Part shown: one piece after another, positions 1-9,663 of the stretch | How positions within the stretch are numbered: position 1 is the stretch's first letter | Layout: every line of letters starts with the position of its first letter | DNA from: a virus | Taxonomy: Duplodnaviria > Caudoviricetes | DNA length: 61,766 nt | Virus record (IMG/VR): IMGVR_UViG_3300043419_000690 | Span: 1-61,766 of that record | Reading direction: 5' to 3' (one strand) | The notes under the pieces: model-generated | Told to the model about the DNA's origin: nothing | Database searches by the model: none | Seen by the model: the letters and a program-made list of their open reading frames with translations, nothing else | Position numbers and translations under genes: made by a program

Positions 1-272
1 TACGCACAATCGGCTTAAACGGTGGATCACTCATCATTCCATCAGGCATGACCGAGCGTGAATTAATCACGCTCATTGGTACACTCGCTATCATGCAGCG
101 AGTCGATTCGGTATATAGCAAGGACTATGACACAACCTATTCTTATGCCACTGGTACAGCATCAGTAAACATCAGTGAGGCGCAGGTATACGACACAGTG
201 GAGCAAGCAAAGGCTGCGCGTGACGAGTACAACGCAGCACTGGATAAGAAAAAGGAAATGGAGCTGGCATAG
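1..272 (+). CDS. 5'-truncated copy of the early protein at 60983-61264
   Basis: Same protein apart from 2 aa changes; the start lies before position 1. Confidence 0.8.
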   Translation, partial: RTIGLNGGSLIIPSGMTERELITLIGTLAIMQRVDSVYSKDYDTTYSYATGTASVNISEAQVYDTVEQAKAARDEYNAALDKKKEMELA

Positions 273-278
273 TCCACA

Positions 279-433
279 CCTATCGCTGCTCGCGCAGCGA
301 TAGGAATAAATAGCTTGACATATAGGCAGGCGCAGCCTGCCTATAGCACCGCGCCCCGCCCCCGCCTCTCTCTATTGCTAACTTGCTATGCTGCATTGCA
401 GCTTGACAATCTGCCCGCTGCAGCGGGCAGATT
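279..433. repeat. Cluster of three 11-bp GC-rich inverted repeats
   Basis: CCTATCGCTGC/GCAGCGATAGG 279-304; TATAGGCAGGC/GCCTGCCTATA 321-345; AATCTGCCCGC/GCGGGCAGATT 408-433. Confidence 0.9.
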
Positions 434-568
434 AAGGTCTAGTGAAGGGGGGAGGGCCATTTTAGGTACGGTTCGTCACAGCTCACCTTCGCCTCTGTTT
501 TACACAAACATAGGACCTGGCAAAAGGTGACCCCCCCCCCCCCCCCCCCCATAAAACCACCCCCTTGT

Positions 569-597
569 TTGTAAAACTCGTACAGCGGGTGTATATT
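569..597 (+). promoter_or_regulatory. Putative sigma70 promoter for terL (leaderless transcript)
   Basis: TTGTAA-17 bp-TATATT; the ATG follows 8 nt after the -10 box with no SD. Confidence 0.5.
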
Positions 598-605
598 ATT
601 AAATT

Positions 606-2066
606 ATGAAACCTGAAGACATCGAAGCAGAACAACTACGCCTTGAGCTCCGGCTCCGCGTCCTCGAAGCGCGGTCCTTGGCCACCGCAACATTCTTAGA
701 CTTCTGCAAATACGTGTGGCCTGAAATGTTGGTCGGCGAGCATCACATCAAGATTGCTGAAGCGTTGGATCGTGTGATTGCTGGCAAGTGCAAGAGGTTG
801 ATGATTGCTATGCCTCCCCGTCATGGTAAGAGTCAGATGGGCAGTTATTTGTTCCCTGCGTATTTGATGGGGAAGCTGCCGCAGAGTAAGTTAATCGTCG
901 GTTCGCACACCGCGGAGCTCGCTCAACGCTTTGGTAGGATGATTAGAAATCTTGTCGAGGATGAGCGGTACACGGAGCTTTTCCCTAATACCAAGTTATC
1001 TGTGGATTCGAAAGCGGCAGGTAGGTGGAATACGAACGCGGGCGGCGAGGCTTTCTTTATTGGTAAGGGTGGTGCGATGACGGGCCGCGGTGGTGACATC
1101 GTGGTACTGGATGATATTTTGGATGAACAGGATGCTGTCTCAGAGACGGCGATGGAGAACACATGGGAGTGGTACACATCAGGTCCGCGACAGCGACTAC
1201 AGCCGAACGGCGCTATTATTATCATCAATACAAGATGGAAGACGGACGACTTATCCGGACGACTTCTGAGACAACAGGGCCAGTTGAAATCAGACCAGTG
1301 GGAAATACTGGAGTTTCCCGCGATCCTGCCAAGTGGGAATCCTTTATGGCCAGGATACTGGAGTCTTGACGAGTTAGAGAAGGTCAAGATGTCCATTGGG
1401 TTGAAGAAGTGGAATGCCCAGTGGCAGCAGCAGCCTACGAATGATGATGGTGCTATTTTGAAAAGGGAATGGTGGAGACGTTGGAAGTATGATGAACCTC
1501 CGAACTGTAGTTATATTATTCAGACGATGGATACTGCTTACTCGAAAAAGGAGACAGCGGACTTCTCTGTAATTGCGACGTGGGGAGTATTTAGACCGAA
1601 CGCGGACGAAGGACCTGGATTGATGTTGTTGTCTGTCAAGAAAGGTCGCTGGGACTTCCCGGAGTTAAAGCGTGTGGCAAAGGCGGAGTATGTGTATTGG
1701 CAGCCTGACAATGTGTTGATTGAGGCGAAAGCTACTGGTACGCCGTTGCAGCATGAATTACGGAAGATGGGTATTCCTGTGACCATGTACAGTCCTGGCG
1801 GACGTAGAACCGGGCAGGATAAGGTAAGTCGTGCCAATGCTGTGGCTCCTATTTTGGAATCAGGGATGGTGTGGTATCCGGAGGATGAGGAGTTTGCTCA
1901 GGAGATGGTGGAGGAGTGTGCCGCGTTCCCGAATGGCGCAAATGATGACCAAGTGGATGCGATGGTAATGGCGTTGATGCGGTTCCGTCAGGGTAACTTT
2001 GTGAGTCTGCAGGATGATGATGACGAAGAGCGGGAAATAAGCGATAGAGTGGTTGAGTATTATTGA
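606..2066 (+). CDS. terL: Terminase large subunit
   Basis: Walker A MPPRHGKS, Walker B IVVLDD, RNase H-like nuclease motifs MDTA and DDQVD. Confidence 0.95.
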   Translation: MKPEDIEAEQLRLELRLRVLEARSLATATFLDFCKYVWPEMLVGEHHIKIAEALDRVIAGKCKRLMIAMPPRHGKSQMGSYLFPAYLMGKLPQSKLIVGSHTAELAQRFGRMIRNLVEDERYTELFPNTKLSVDSKAAGRWNTNAGGEAFFIGKGGAMTGRGGDIVVLDDILDEQDAVSETAMENTWEWYTSGPRQRLQPNGAIIIINTRWKTDDLSGRLLRQQGQLKSDQWEILEFPAILPSGNPLWPGYWSLDELEKVKMSIGLKKWNAQWQQQPTNDDGAILKREWWRRWKYDEPPNCSYIIQTMDTAYSKKETADFSVIATWGVFRPNADEGPGLMLLSVKKGRWDFPELKRVAKAEYVYWQPDNVLIEAKATGTPLQHELRKMGIPVTMYSPGGRRTGQDKVSRANAVAPILESGMVWYPEDEEFAQEMVEECAAFPNGANDDQVDAMVMALMRFRQGNFVSLQDDDDEEREISDRVVEYY

Positions 2067-2115
2067 CAAAAATGGTAGCGTAGCGACATTCTTCCCTTCC
2101 CACGGACCGCGAACC

Positions 2116-5100
2116 ATGGACCAAGACCTCCGTTCCCGTATACAAGCTGCAGCTCAAGAGCGCGGCTTAGACCCAGAGATTGCTGTTAACTTTGCGAAAG
2201 CAGAGAGTAGCCTTGATCCGAACGCCAAAGCGAAGACTTCCTCGGCGCGTGGTCTGTTTCAAGTTATTGATAGGACTTGGAAAGAGTATGGCGGTGGGGA
2301 TAAGAAGGATATTAATGAGCAGATTCGTGTAGGCACGGATGTTATTGCGTCGAATCAAGCCAGTTTTAAGAGAAAGTTTAATAGAGAGCCGAGCGCCGCG
2401 GAGCTTTATGCTTATCACGTGTTGGGTCCAACGGGTGCACCGCCGTTATTGCGTGCTGATCCTGCTACACCAATGGAGCAAATTGTTTCACGTGAAGCAA
2501 TTAAGGCTAATCCGAATTGGCGGGGTAAGACGGCGGGTGATGTGTTGGGTACGTATGAGAAGAAGGTGGGTGGTTCACCAACACCCCGTATTGCGACACA
2601 ACAGACCAAGCCTGGAATGCGTCCAACCAATTATTCGTTTGAACCATTGACGCAATTAGACATTGAAAATCTTGGACCTGGTTATCAGGCAGGCATGGCT
2701 GCAATGGCGTTGGCGGATACGCAAGATAATGATGAAGATAATATTGCGGAGAGAGCGCAAGAGGCGAAGGATGATGCCGAGAATTCGATGTTAGCGGATC
2801 AAGGATCGAGGAACGTTGCCAATTTAGAGTTTTCCTATGCTTCTCCATTCCCACAGGAAGCGCCAGTGCAGATGGCCAAGGGCGGCGAAGCGCGGAAGAT
2901 GATGGATGCAGTGTATCGTGCTGATGGCTCACCTGAGTATGGTGAGATAAGCATGGGGGATTTTTCTGGCACAGTTAATACGGGTGACGCACGTCAGCAG
3001 TTAAAGAACTTTGCTACACAGGGTTGGAAAGCGCCGACAAGACAAGATGCAAAGAGATTGGCACAGATTCCGGTAGAGGGGCTTAGTAATTTGGAGTCCG
3101 CGGCTCGCGGGTCAGTGGCCTCTGAGATAGGTGGGTTTGGTGATATTGAAGCTGCGTTTAGAAATCCACGTGCAGATAGTCAGGCGTTTCCTACTAGGTC
3201 AGGTATTCAAGGTAGAAAAGAAACTGTTCTTCCACAGACACAGGATGTCTTGGATGCAATGCCTAGAAAGCTTTTGCCATCTAATGAGCGTACTGAGGGG
3301 TTTGAAGAAGTAGGAACATATGTTGGTTTAGGTCCAGCAGGATATGCATTATCTAAAGTACCTGCCGCGTACAGAGCTGCTGCGCCTGTGGTTGGTGCTG
3401 CTGTGGCAAAAGGAGCAGAGAAGGTTAAATCAGTATTAAAGCCTGCCGAAAGAGTTGCTCCTCCAGTTACATCAACTCCTACCGAAAGACCTCCTTTTAG
3501 CTTTCTTCTTGACCATCCAGAGTATTTAGACCCTATTGAGATAGTTCCAACTGGACCAACGGCTGTGCGTGGTAATGCAGTTGCAGATGTTGCAGCTCCC
3601 CCGTCGCCAATGTTTTCAGAAAATCTTGGTGTTTCAAGATATCTCATGCCAAAAGATTTCGTAGGAGGAAAGGCCGTAGCATTGGATACGCCTTATCCAC
3701 ATTTTGTAAGTAAGTTAGATCAATTTACAGCCGCGTTACCTGGTGCGGTGACCAAGAGTCAATATCTTGGTTCATTAAAAGGTAAGTTTAGAGATTATGA
3801 AATTTTGCGTGCTGAAGAAGCGTTAGCTGGTTTGGATGCAAATGCAAAGTTAAAGCCTGCAGATATTGCAGAGAAACTTAAAAACGTCACACCTGTAGAT
3901 AGATTAAAAACTTATATTGATGAGCCAAGCAACTCAATGCCTCATCGCGAATATGATAATCCCCACTATGATAAACCTGTGGGCATAGTTAATTTAATGA
4001 CGGATATTCCTGAAGCGCAAAGAGGAACTGCAGAAGAGGCGCTTGTTATAAAACGTGCAATTGAAAGCATTAGTGTAGGTAATGCTACGGATAGGCATTT
4101 TAATGTTGCCATGAATCATGTAAATAACAGTGATATGGCTCCTAAGCTTAAAGCAAGAACTTTATCTGCTCTAGAAGATGCAAGGATAATGACAGATGGC
4201 CTTAGACAAGATACAGCAAAAATTAATGGGCTTCTTGATGACTTGGTTATTCCATTTCATCGTAGGCAAGATGAATACGAAAAATTAATTGCTTCTTTAA
4301 AGAAAAAAGAAAAGTTGTCTCAGTATGACGCTATGGACAAAGCTACTAGAATAATGCGTGCTGATGCAGCAGAGGTACTTAGAAAAGAAGGATATCCTGT
4401 ACCTAGTACCATAGATCAAATGGGGTTAGTTTCAACAGACAGTGAGGAATGGAAAGCTTTGCAAAAAGCACAAGATAAAATTAGAGGTAGATTTAATTTA
4501 GATCAAGTTGCAAAAAAAGGTGACATAGCTAATCGTTTTCATGACAGTAATAAAGGCGATTCTCTATTTAACCAAATTGAAAACCATCTGACACGAAAAT
4601 TTATGTATGAAGGACAACACCCTAGTTTGTCAAAACAGGGGGAAGTTCCGGTTGGGTTTAGTCGATTTGTTGACAACGTTGTAGATATCCCTGGACGTGG
4701 TAAAACAGATGTCATGCATGTACTTGATCTTCAATCTGACTTGTATGATGACTTAGTTAAACACGGTGGGAAGCATACATCCCCTCAAAAAGATTCAAAA
4801 GAAAGAGCTCAGTTAACTTCCAAATTGACAGACATACTGGAAAAAGCTTCCGATAGACAAGATGCATTAAAAACACCTAGATCAGTAGATTTTTTTAAAG
4901 ATATTCCTGATTATTTAAATGATGCACTAGCTGCTGCTAAAGAAAAATATAATAGACAAGGTGCAATTAGTCCATATGATCCAGAAATAGCTGATATAAA
5001 AGATGCATTTAATCTTACGGATAACGAATTAATGGATGTTGTAAAAGGAATACAACGTCAAACTGTGTTAGCAGGAAGAGTGGAGAGAAGTGCAGAATGG

Positions 5101-5496
5101 AGTAAAAATGTATCTGAACATTCGTATAATATAGATCAAGTATTTCCTGGAATGGAAAAATCTCCGCAAGTTGTACAACAAATGTTGGTAAAGAATGCGG
5201 TCATGGGCGCATTACGACGCGGTAAACAAGGTATTACATTTCCTGGTGCTGAATCAAATCAGGCACAGTTGTATGAAAAATTGCCGAATAATTTAAGACA
5301 AGTAGTAAAAGACCTTGGACCTGGTTTTGAATTAGTACCTAATATTGTCCAAGATACGGCAGGAAAAGGTCAGATTTCAAACTGGGGAATAGTATGGGAC
5401 CCAGAGACTGCACAAAATGTACTAAGAGCAGGTGTCAGATTTAATAAAGGTGGTTCTGTTGAAAAGAACTACGACGATAACCGAAGATTTCTGTAA
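2116..5496 (+). CDS. Large multidomain virion/injected protein with N-terminal lytic transglycosylase (SLT) domain
   Basis: AESSLDPNAK...SARGLFQV SLT motifs; GG tags at 2872 and 5440. ATG 2116 preferred over 2053, which overlaps terL. Confidence 0.75.
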   Translation: MDQDLRSRIQAAAQERGLDPEIAVNFAKAESSLDPNAKAKTSSARGLFQVIDRTWKEYGGGDKKDINEQIRVGTDVIASNQASFKRKFNREPSAAELYAYHVLGPTGAPPLLRADPATPMEQIVSREAIKANPNWRGKTAGDVLGTYEKKVGGSPTPRIATQQTKPGMRPTNYSFEPLTQLDIENLGPGYQAGMAAMALADTQDNDEDNIAERAQEAKDDAENSMLADQGSRNVANLEFSYASPFPQEAPVQMAKGGEARKMMDAVYRADGSPEYGEISMGDFSGTVNTGDARQQLKNFATQGWKAPTRQDAKRLAQIPVEGLSNLESAARGSVASEIGGFGDIEAAFRNPRADSQAFPTRSGIQGRKETVLPQTQDVLDAMPRKLLPSNERTEGFEEVGTYVGLGPAGYALSKVPAAYRAAAPVVGAAVAKGAEKVKSVLKPAERVAPPVTSTPTERPPFSFLLDHPEYLDPIEIVPTGPTAVRGNAVADVAAPPSPMFSENLGVSRYLMPKDFVGGKAVALDTPYPHFVSKLDQFTAALPGAVTKSQYLGSLKGKFRDYEILRAEEALAGLDANAKLKPADIAEKLKNVTPVDRLKTYIDEPSNSMPHREYDNPHYDKPVGIVNLMTDIPEAQRGTAEEALVIKRAIESISVGNATDRHFNVAMNHVNNSDMAPKLKARTLSALEDARIMTDGLRQDTAKINGLLDDLVIPFHRRQDEYEKLIASLKKKEKLSQYDAMDKATRIMRADAAEVLRKEGYPVPSTIDQMGLVSTDSEEWKALQKAQDKIRGRFNLDQVAKKGDIANRFHDSNKGDSLFNQIENHLTRKFMYEGQHPSLSKQGEVPVGFSRFVDNVVDIPGRGKTDVMHVLDLQSDLYDDLVKHGGKHTSPQKDSKERAQLTSKLTDILEKASDRQDALKTPRSVDFFKDIPDYLNDALAAAKEKYNRQGAISPYDPEIADIKDAFNLTDNELMDVVKGIQRQTVLAGRVERSAEWSKNVSEHSYNIDQVFPGMEKSPQVVQQMLVKNAVMGALRRGKQGITFPGAESNQAQLYEKLPNNLRQVVKDLGPGFELVPNIVQDTAGKGQISNWGIVWDPETAQNVLRAGVRFNKGGSVEKNYDDNRRFL

Positions 5497-5505
5497 GGAA
5501 TAGCT

Positions 5506-7869
5506 ATGCCAGTAGAACGCGACAATAGTCTGCCAAAAGGTATCAGTGTTGATATTGAAATGGAAGACGGCCCTGAGATCGAGATTGAACTTGATGAAGA
5601 GGGCGGTGCTACGGTCAAGATTGACGAAGAAGATGATGACGTAGAGTTCGATGCGAACCTTGCAGAAGTATTGCCGGATGATGTTCTGACTGCTATCTCT
5701 GATGACTTGATGCTTTTGTTTGAAGCAGATAAAGCGTCGCGTCAAGACTGGGATGAGATGTATGCCAAGGGTATGGAACTCTTGGGCTTCTCTATGGAAG
5801 AGCGTACCAAGCCATTCAAGGGCGCGTGCGGCGTGCAGCATCCTTTGTTATCCGAAGCCATTATTCAATTCCAATCACAAGCGTTGAAAGAGTTGATGCC
5901 TGCAGGTGGTCCTGTGCGCACGCAAGTGTTGGGCAAAGAGACACGTGAGCGTTTAATGCAAGCGCAGCGTGTTAAAGACTTCATGAATTACCAGATCACG
6001 ATCAAGATGCCGGAGTACACACCGGATGTGGATCAGATGTTGTTCCACGTAGGATATGGTGGTTCAGCATTTAAGAAGGTTTATTTTGACTACGACAAGA
6101 ATCGCATGGTCAGTAAGATGATCCCTGCGGATAACTTGTATATCCCGTACTTTGGTTCGTCAGTCATGACTGAGTGTGAGCGCATCACGTATCGCGTTCC
6201 GATGTCCATGAATGCCTATCGTAAGGCGGTAGTACGTGGTCAGTACTTAGATTTAGCAGAGCCTTCTGTTGACAATGAGCAGTCACAGATTAAGGAAGCG
6301 CAGGACAAAGAATTAGGTATGTCACCGAGTGGTGAAGAGGAAGAGATATTCCTGTTGGAATTCCAAGTCGATTATGACTTACCTGGTTTTGAAGACATGG
6401 ATAAGAAGGGCAAGCCTACTGGTATTAAGCTTCCTTACATTATCACTGTTGATGAGATCAGTAGCAAAGTTGTTGGTGTCCGTCGTAACTGGACAGAGGA
6501 TAGTGAAGACAAGAAGCGTGAAGAGTACTACGTTCACTATGTCTTAGTTCAGGGTCCGGGAGCCTATGGTCTTGGTTTCTTGCATTTGATTGGTGGTTTA
6601 TCAAAGACTGCTAGTGCGTCGCTGCGTCAATTGACTGATGCAGGTACGTTAACCAATTTACCTGCAGGTTTTAAAGCCAAGGGTGCGCGTATTGAGAATG
6701 ATGACGTGCCTATCTCTCCTGGTGAGTGGAGAGACATGGATGCGGGTGGTATGGACTTGCAACAGTCCTTGTTGCCATTGCCTTACAAAGAACCAAGTCA
6801 GACATTGTTTACGTTGATGAATTTCTGCGTTGACTCAGGTCGTCGCATGGCATCGATCACTGATATGCAAGTTGGTGACAGTAACCAGAATGCGGCGGTA
6901 GGTACAACGATTGCGTTGCTGGAGAAGGGTTCTTCAGTAATGTCTGCAATTCATAAGCGTTTGCATTATTCGCAAGGCTTGGAGTTGCGTATGTTGGCGC
7001 AGGGCTTTGCTAAGTATTTGCCACCAGAGTATCCGTATGATGTGCCTGGTGAGAGTCGTAAGATTAAGGCTAAGGACTTTGATGACCGTATTGATGTCAT
7101 TCCTGTCTCTGATCCTAATATTTTTTCAGTAGCGCAGCGTATTACGATGGCGCAAACGCAGTTGCAATTAGCGCAGAGTGCGCCTCAGATGCATAACATG
7201 TACGAAGCATACCGTCGCATGTACGAGGCCATTGGTGTGAGGGATGTTGATTCCATCTTAATTAGCCAAGATGTGGACAAGCCTAAAGACCCAGCGAGTG
7301 AAAACTCACAGGTTTTGGATGGTTCACCGCTGAAAGCGTTTGCTGGACAGCAGCATGATGCACATATTGTGTCGCATATCATGATGGGTTTATCTCCATT
7401 GACGGCTTCTATTCCAAATGTAGCTACAAATCTAGCGAAACACATCTTTGAACATGTCAGATGGAAGGCCGAAGAGTTTGTTGAGGCTGAATTATTCAAA
7501 TTGTACGGCACTGATCCGGACAAAATGATCTCTCCGCTTGAAAGAGAGGCCAGAATTGCGATCAAAGTGGCTGAATTCCAGAAGGAAGTCAAGGATTTGC
7601 AAGATCAATTGAGTGGTGCGAACCAACAACCGCCTGATCCATTGATTGAATTGAAGAAACAAGAGTTAGCACAGTCTGCGCAGCGTGATCAAGCACGCAA
7701 TCAAGTCGATATGCAGAAGCTTTCGTTAGAGCAGCAGCGTGAGCAGAATGATATGAGTGTTGATCAGGCAAGAATGCAGCAGACAGAACAGCTTGCACAA
7801 GAGCGAAATGCGGTCGCATTAGCAAAAATGACTCAAACAGGAGGCCAACGTGGCAACCAAGTCCAGTAA
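5506..7869 (+). CDS. Portal protein (P22-like)
   Basis: 787 aa near terL; HPLLSEAIIQFQSQA, GSAFKKVYFD and YGLGFLHLIGGL segments; Gln-rich coiled-coil C-terminus. Confidence 0.85.
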   Translation: MPVERDNSLPKGISVDIEMEDGPEIEIELDEEGGATVKIDEEDDDVEFDANLAEVLPDDVLTAISDDLMLLFEADKASRQDWDEMYAKGMELLGFSMEERTKPFKGACGVQHPLLSEAIIQFQSQALKELMPAGGPVRTQVLGKETRERLMQAQRVKDFMNYQITIKMPEYTPDVDQMLFHVGYGGSAFKKVYFDYDKNRMVSKMIPADNLYIPYFGSSVMTECERITYRVPMSMNAYRKAVVRGQYLDLAEPSVDNEQSQIKEAQDKELGMSPSGEEEEIFLLEFQVDYDLPGFEDMDKKGKPTGIKLPYIITVDEISSKVVGVRRNWTEDSEDKKREEYYVHYVLVQGPGAYGLGFLHLIGGLSKTASASLRQLTDAGTLTNLPAGFKAKGARIENDDVPISPGEWRDMDAGGMDLQQSLLPLPYKEPSQTLFTLMNFCVDSGRRMASITDMQVGDSNQNAAVGTTIALLEKGSSVMSAIHKRLHYSQGLELRMLAQGFAKYLPPEYPYDVPGESRKIKAKDFDDRIDVIPVSDPNIFSVAQRITMAQTQLQLAQSAPQMHNMYEAYRRMYEAIGVRDVDSILISQDVDKPKDPASENSQVLDGSPLKAFAGQQHDAHIVSHIMMGLSPLTASIPNVATNLAKHIFEHVRWKAEEFVEAELFKLYGTDPDKMISPLEREARIAIKVAEFQKEVKDLQDQLSGANQQPPDPLIELKKQELAQSAQRDQARNQVDMQKLSLEQQREQNDMSVDQARMQQTEQLAQERNAVALAKMTQTGGQRGNQVQ

Positions 7870-7984
7870 ACCAAAGAAAATGCGGGTAAATCCTACACGG
7901 ACCACACCTAAACGGAACATTAGTGAACCAAAAGTAACCTATGTGTACCGTAAGGACGCATTTAAAAAAGTAAAGATTGCGTAA
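7850..7984 (+). CDS. Small basic protein (44 aa, not in the ORF track)
   Basis: AGGAGG before GTG; MATKSSKPKKMRVNPTRTTPKRNISEPKVTYVYRKDAFKKVKIA. Confidence 0.6.
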   Translation: MATKSSKPKKMRVNPTRTTPKRNISEPKVTYVYRKDAFKKVKIA

Positions 7985-8070
7985 ATAATTACATTTTTAA
8001 AAAAATCATGCATAATATGCATGTAGCTTTCAGATAGAGCTTTAACCTGTCTGCTTTCTTGGAGAATTCC

Positions 8071-8256
8071 ATGCTGTTGTTGACTGAACAAATTCAGATG
8101 TCAATCAGACACCTCAAAAAACAAACTGAGGATATGATTGTGTCAGGTGGTGTCAAGGACATGGAGCATTACAAGTATCTGATGGGTCGGCTGGAAGGCT
8201 ATAAGTACGTCGAAATCTCAATTGCAGAGATTTTGAAGAAAAATACAGACCTATAA
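8071..8256 (+). CDS. Hypothetical protein upstream of GroES
   Basis: GGAG SD before ATG 8071; GGVKDMEHYKYLMGRLEG. Confidence 0.75.
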   Translation: MLLLTEQIQMSIRHLKKQTEDMIVSGGVKDMEHYKYLMGRLEGYKYVEISIAEILKKNTDL

Positions 8257-8266
8257 GGATGCAACC

Positions 8267-8719
8267 ATGACTCTTACAGCACTTGAACAAAAGTGGGCGG
8301 AAGAAGAGGCTACTAAAGAGCCTTCTTTGGAGGACGCTTACAATGAAGACGGTAGTTTTGACGCAGAAAATCTTGATTCTGACGTTGCCGCACGTATTCC
8401 GAAGCCGACAGGCTGGCGATTGATCTTACTTCCCTACAGAGGTGCTGAAAAAACCAAAGGCGGTATCGTTTTGGCGGATCAAACACGTGAAAAGCAGCAG
8501 ATCACGACTACTTGCGCTTATGTTTTGGACGTTGGTCCTTTGGCTTACATGGACAAAGAGAAGTTCCCTGACGGTCCGTGGTGCAAGAAGGGCGATTGGA
8601 TTATTTTTGGCCGTTATGCGGGTGCGCGTATTGGCTTGGACGGCGGTGAGATTCGAATCATTAATGATGATGAGGTTTTAGCGACGATTAACAACCCAGA
8701 AGACATTCTGCACATGTGA
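8267..8719 (+). CDS. groES: Co-chaperonin GroES/Cpn10
   Basis: KPTGWRLIL, EKTKGGIVL mobile loop, GDWIIFGRYAG, RIINDDEVLA. Confidence 0.92.
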   Translation: MTLTALEQKWAEEEATKEPSLEDAYNEDGSFDAENLDSDVAARIPKPTGWRLILLPYRGAEKTKGGIVLADQTREKQQITTTCAYVLDVGPLAYMDKEKFPDGPWCKKGDWIIFGRYAGARIGLDGGEIRIINDDEVLATINNPEDILHM

Positions 8720-8727
8720 GGTAGCTT

Positions 8728-9660
8728 ATGGCAAACGTATCACCAGACAGTCAATTGGAATTTAATCTCGGAGAAGGTGAGACTGAGACAGATGTGGAAT
8801 TAATGGATGCGCCACAAGAGAAATCTAGTGCGCAGGAACAAGAATATGCGTCAGAGCCGGAGGCACAAGCTGCTCCAGCTCCTGAACCAAAATCAGAGCT
8901 TGATCAGGTAAGCGAAAACGTCCAAAAGCGTATTGCTAAACTGACAGCTAAGATGCGTGAGGCGGAAAGACGTGAGCAAGCGGCAATTGAGTATGCTCGT
9001 AACGTTCAATCGCAAGCGCAGGAACTGCAACAGAAGTTGGTGGTAACAGACCAGAGCCGTTTAAGTGAGGCCAAGACACGTCTTGAGACTCAACAGGCTA
9101 CGCTTCGTTCCATTATCAAGCGTGCTCGTGAAGAGGGCGACATTGATACTGAGACAGAAGCCCAACAGCGTTTGGCAGAACTGTCCTATGAGCAGCGTCA
9201 GGTGTCTGATTGGATTGAGCAGCAAAAGGCGCAGCCAGTCCAACGTCAAGAGCCTGTTTATCAGCCTCAGCCACAACAGTATCAACAGCAGCCTGCTAGA
9301 CCTAGTGTCAAAGCAGACGCATGGGCAGAAAAGAACCCATGGTTTGGTCAAGATAGAACGATGACCTATGCTGCTTGGGGAATACATCAGACGCTTGTTG
9401 ACGAAGAGGGCATTGACCCCGAGTCAGACGAGTACTATACTGAATTAGATAACAGACTTCGGAATGAGTTTCCAAACAAATTTCAACAGTCTGCACCAGT
9501 TAACAGACAACGGAGTACCGTGCCTTCCGTTGCACCTGCATCCCGTAGTTCCGGGGTAAATAGTGCACGCCGTTCTGTCCGGCTATCGCCGAGTCAGGTT
9601 GCTATTGCTAAAAAATTGGGTGTACCTCTTGAAGAGTACGCCAAATATGTGAAGGAGTAA
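8728..9660 (+). CDS. Probable capsid scaffolding protein
   Basis: Acidic coiled coil ending AKKLGVPLEEYAKY, upstream of the capsid genes. Confidence 0.7.
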   Translation: MANVSPDSQLEFNLGEGETETDVELMDAPQEKSSAQEQEYASEPEAQAAPAPEPKSELDQVSENVQKRIAKLTAKMREAERREQAAIEYARNVQSQAQELQQKLVVTDQSRLSEAKTRLETQQATLRSIIKRAREEGDIDTETEAQQRLAELSYEQRQVSDWIEQQKAQPVQRQEPVYQPQPQQYQQQPARPSVKADAWAEKNPWFGQDRTMTYAAWGIHQTLVDEEGIDPESDEYYTELDNRLRNEFPNKFQQSAPVNRQRSTVPSVAPASRSSGVNSARRSVRLSPSQVAIAKKLGVPLEEYAKYVKE

Positions 9661-9663
9661 AAA

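Larger units (their letters stand above)
1..774 (+). repeat. Terminal direct repeat copy 1 (matches 60993-61766, ~96% identical)
   Basis: Aligned by eye: same length, about 30 substitutions, no indels. Confidence 0.97.

Noticed and set aside
315-530. 71-aa ORF (and its copy at 61307-61522)
   Set aside because: TTG start without SD, runs through hairpins, and several differences between the copies are non-synonymous; likely non-coding.
531-550. Phase-variable poly-C switch
   Set aside because: The other copy has the same length with interruptions; intergenic, and possibly a base-calling artefact.
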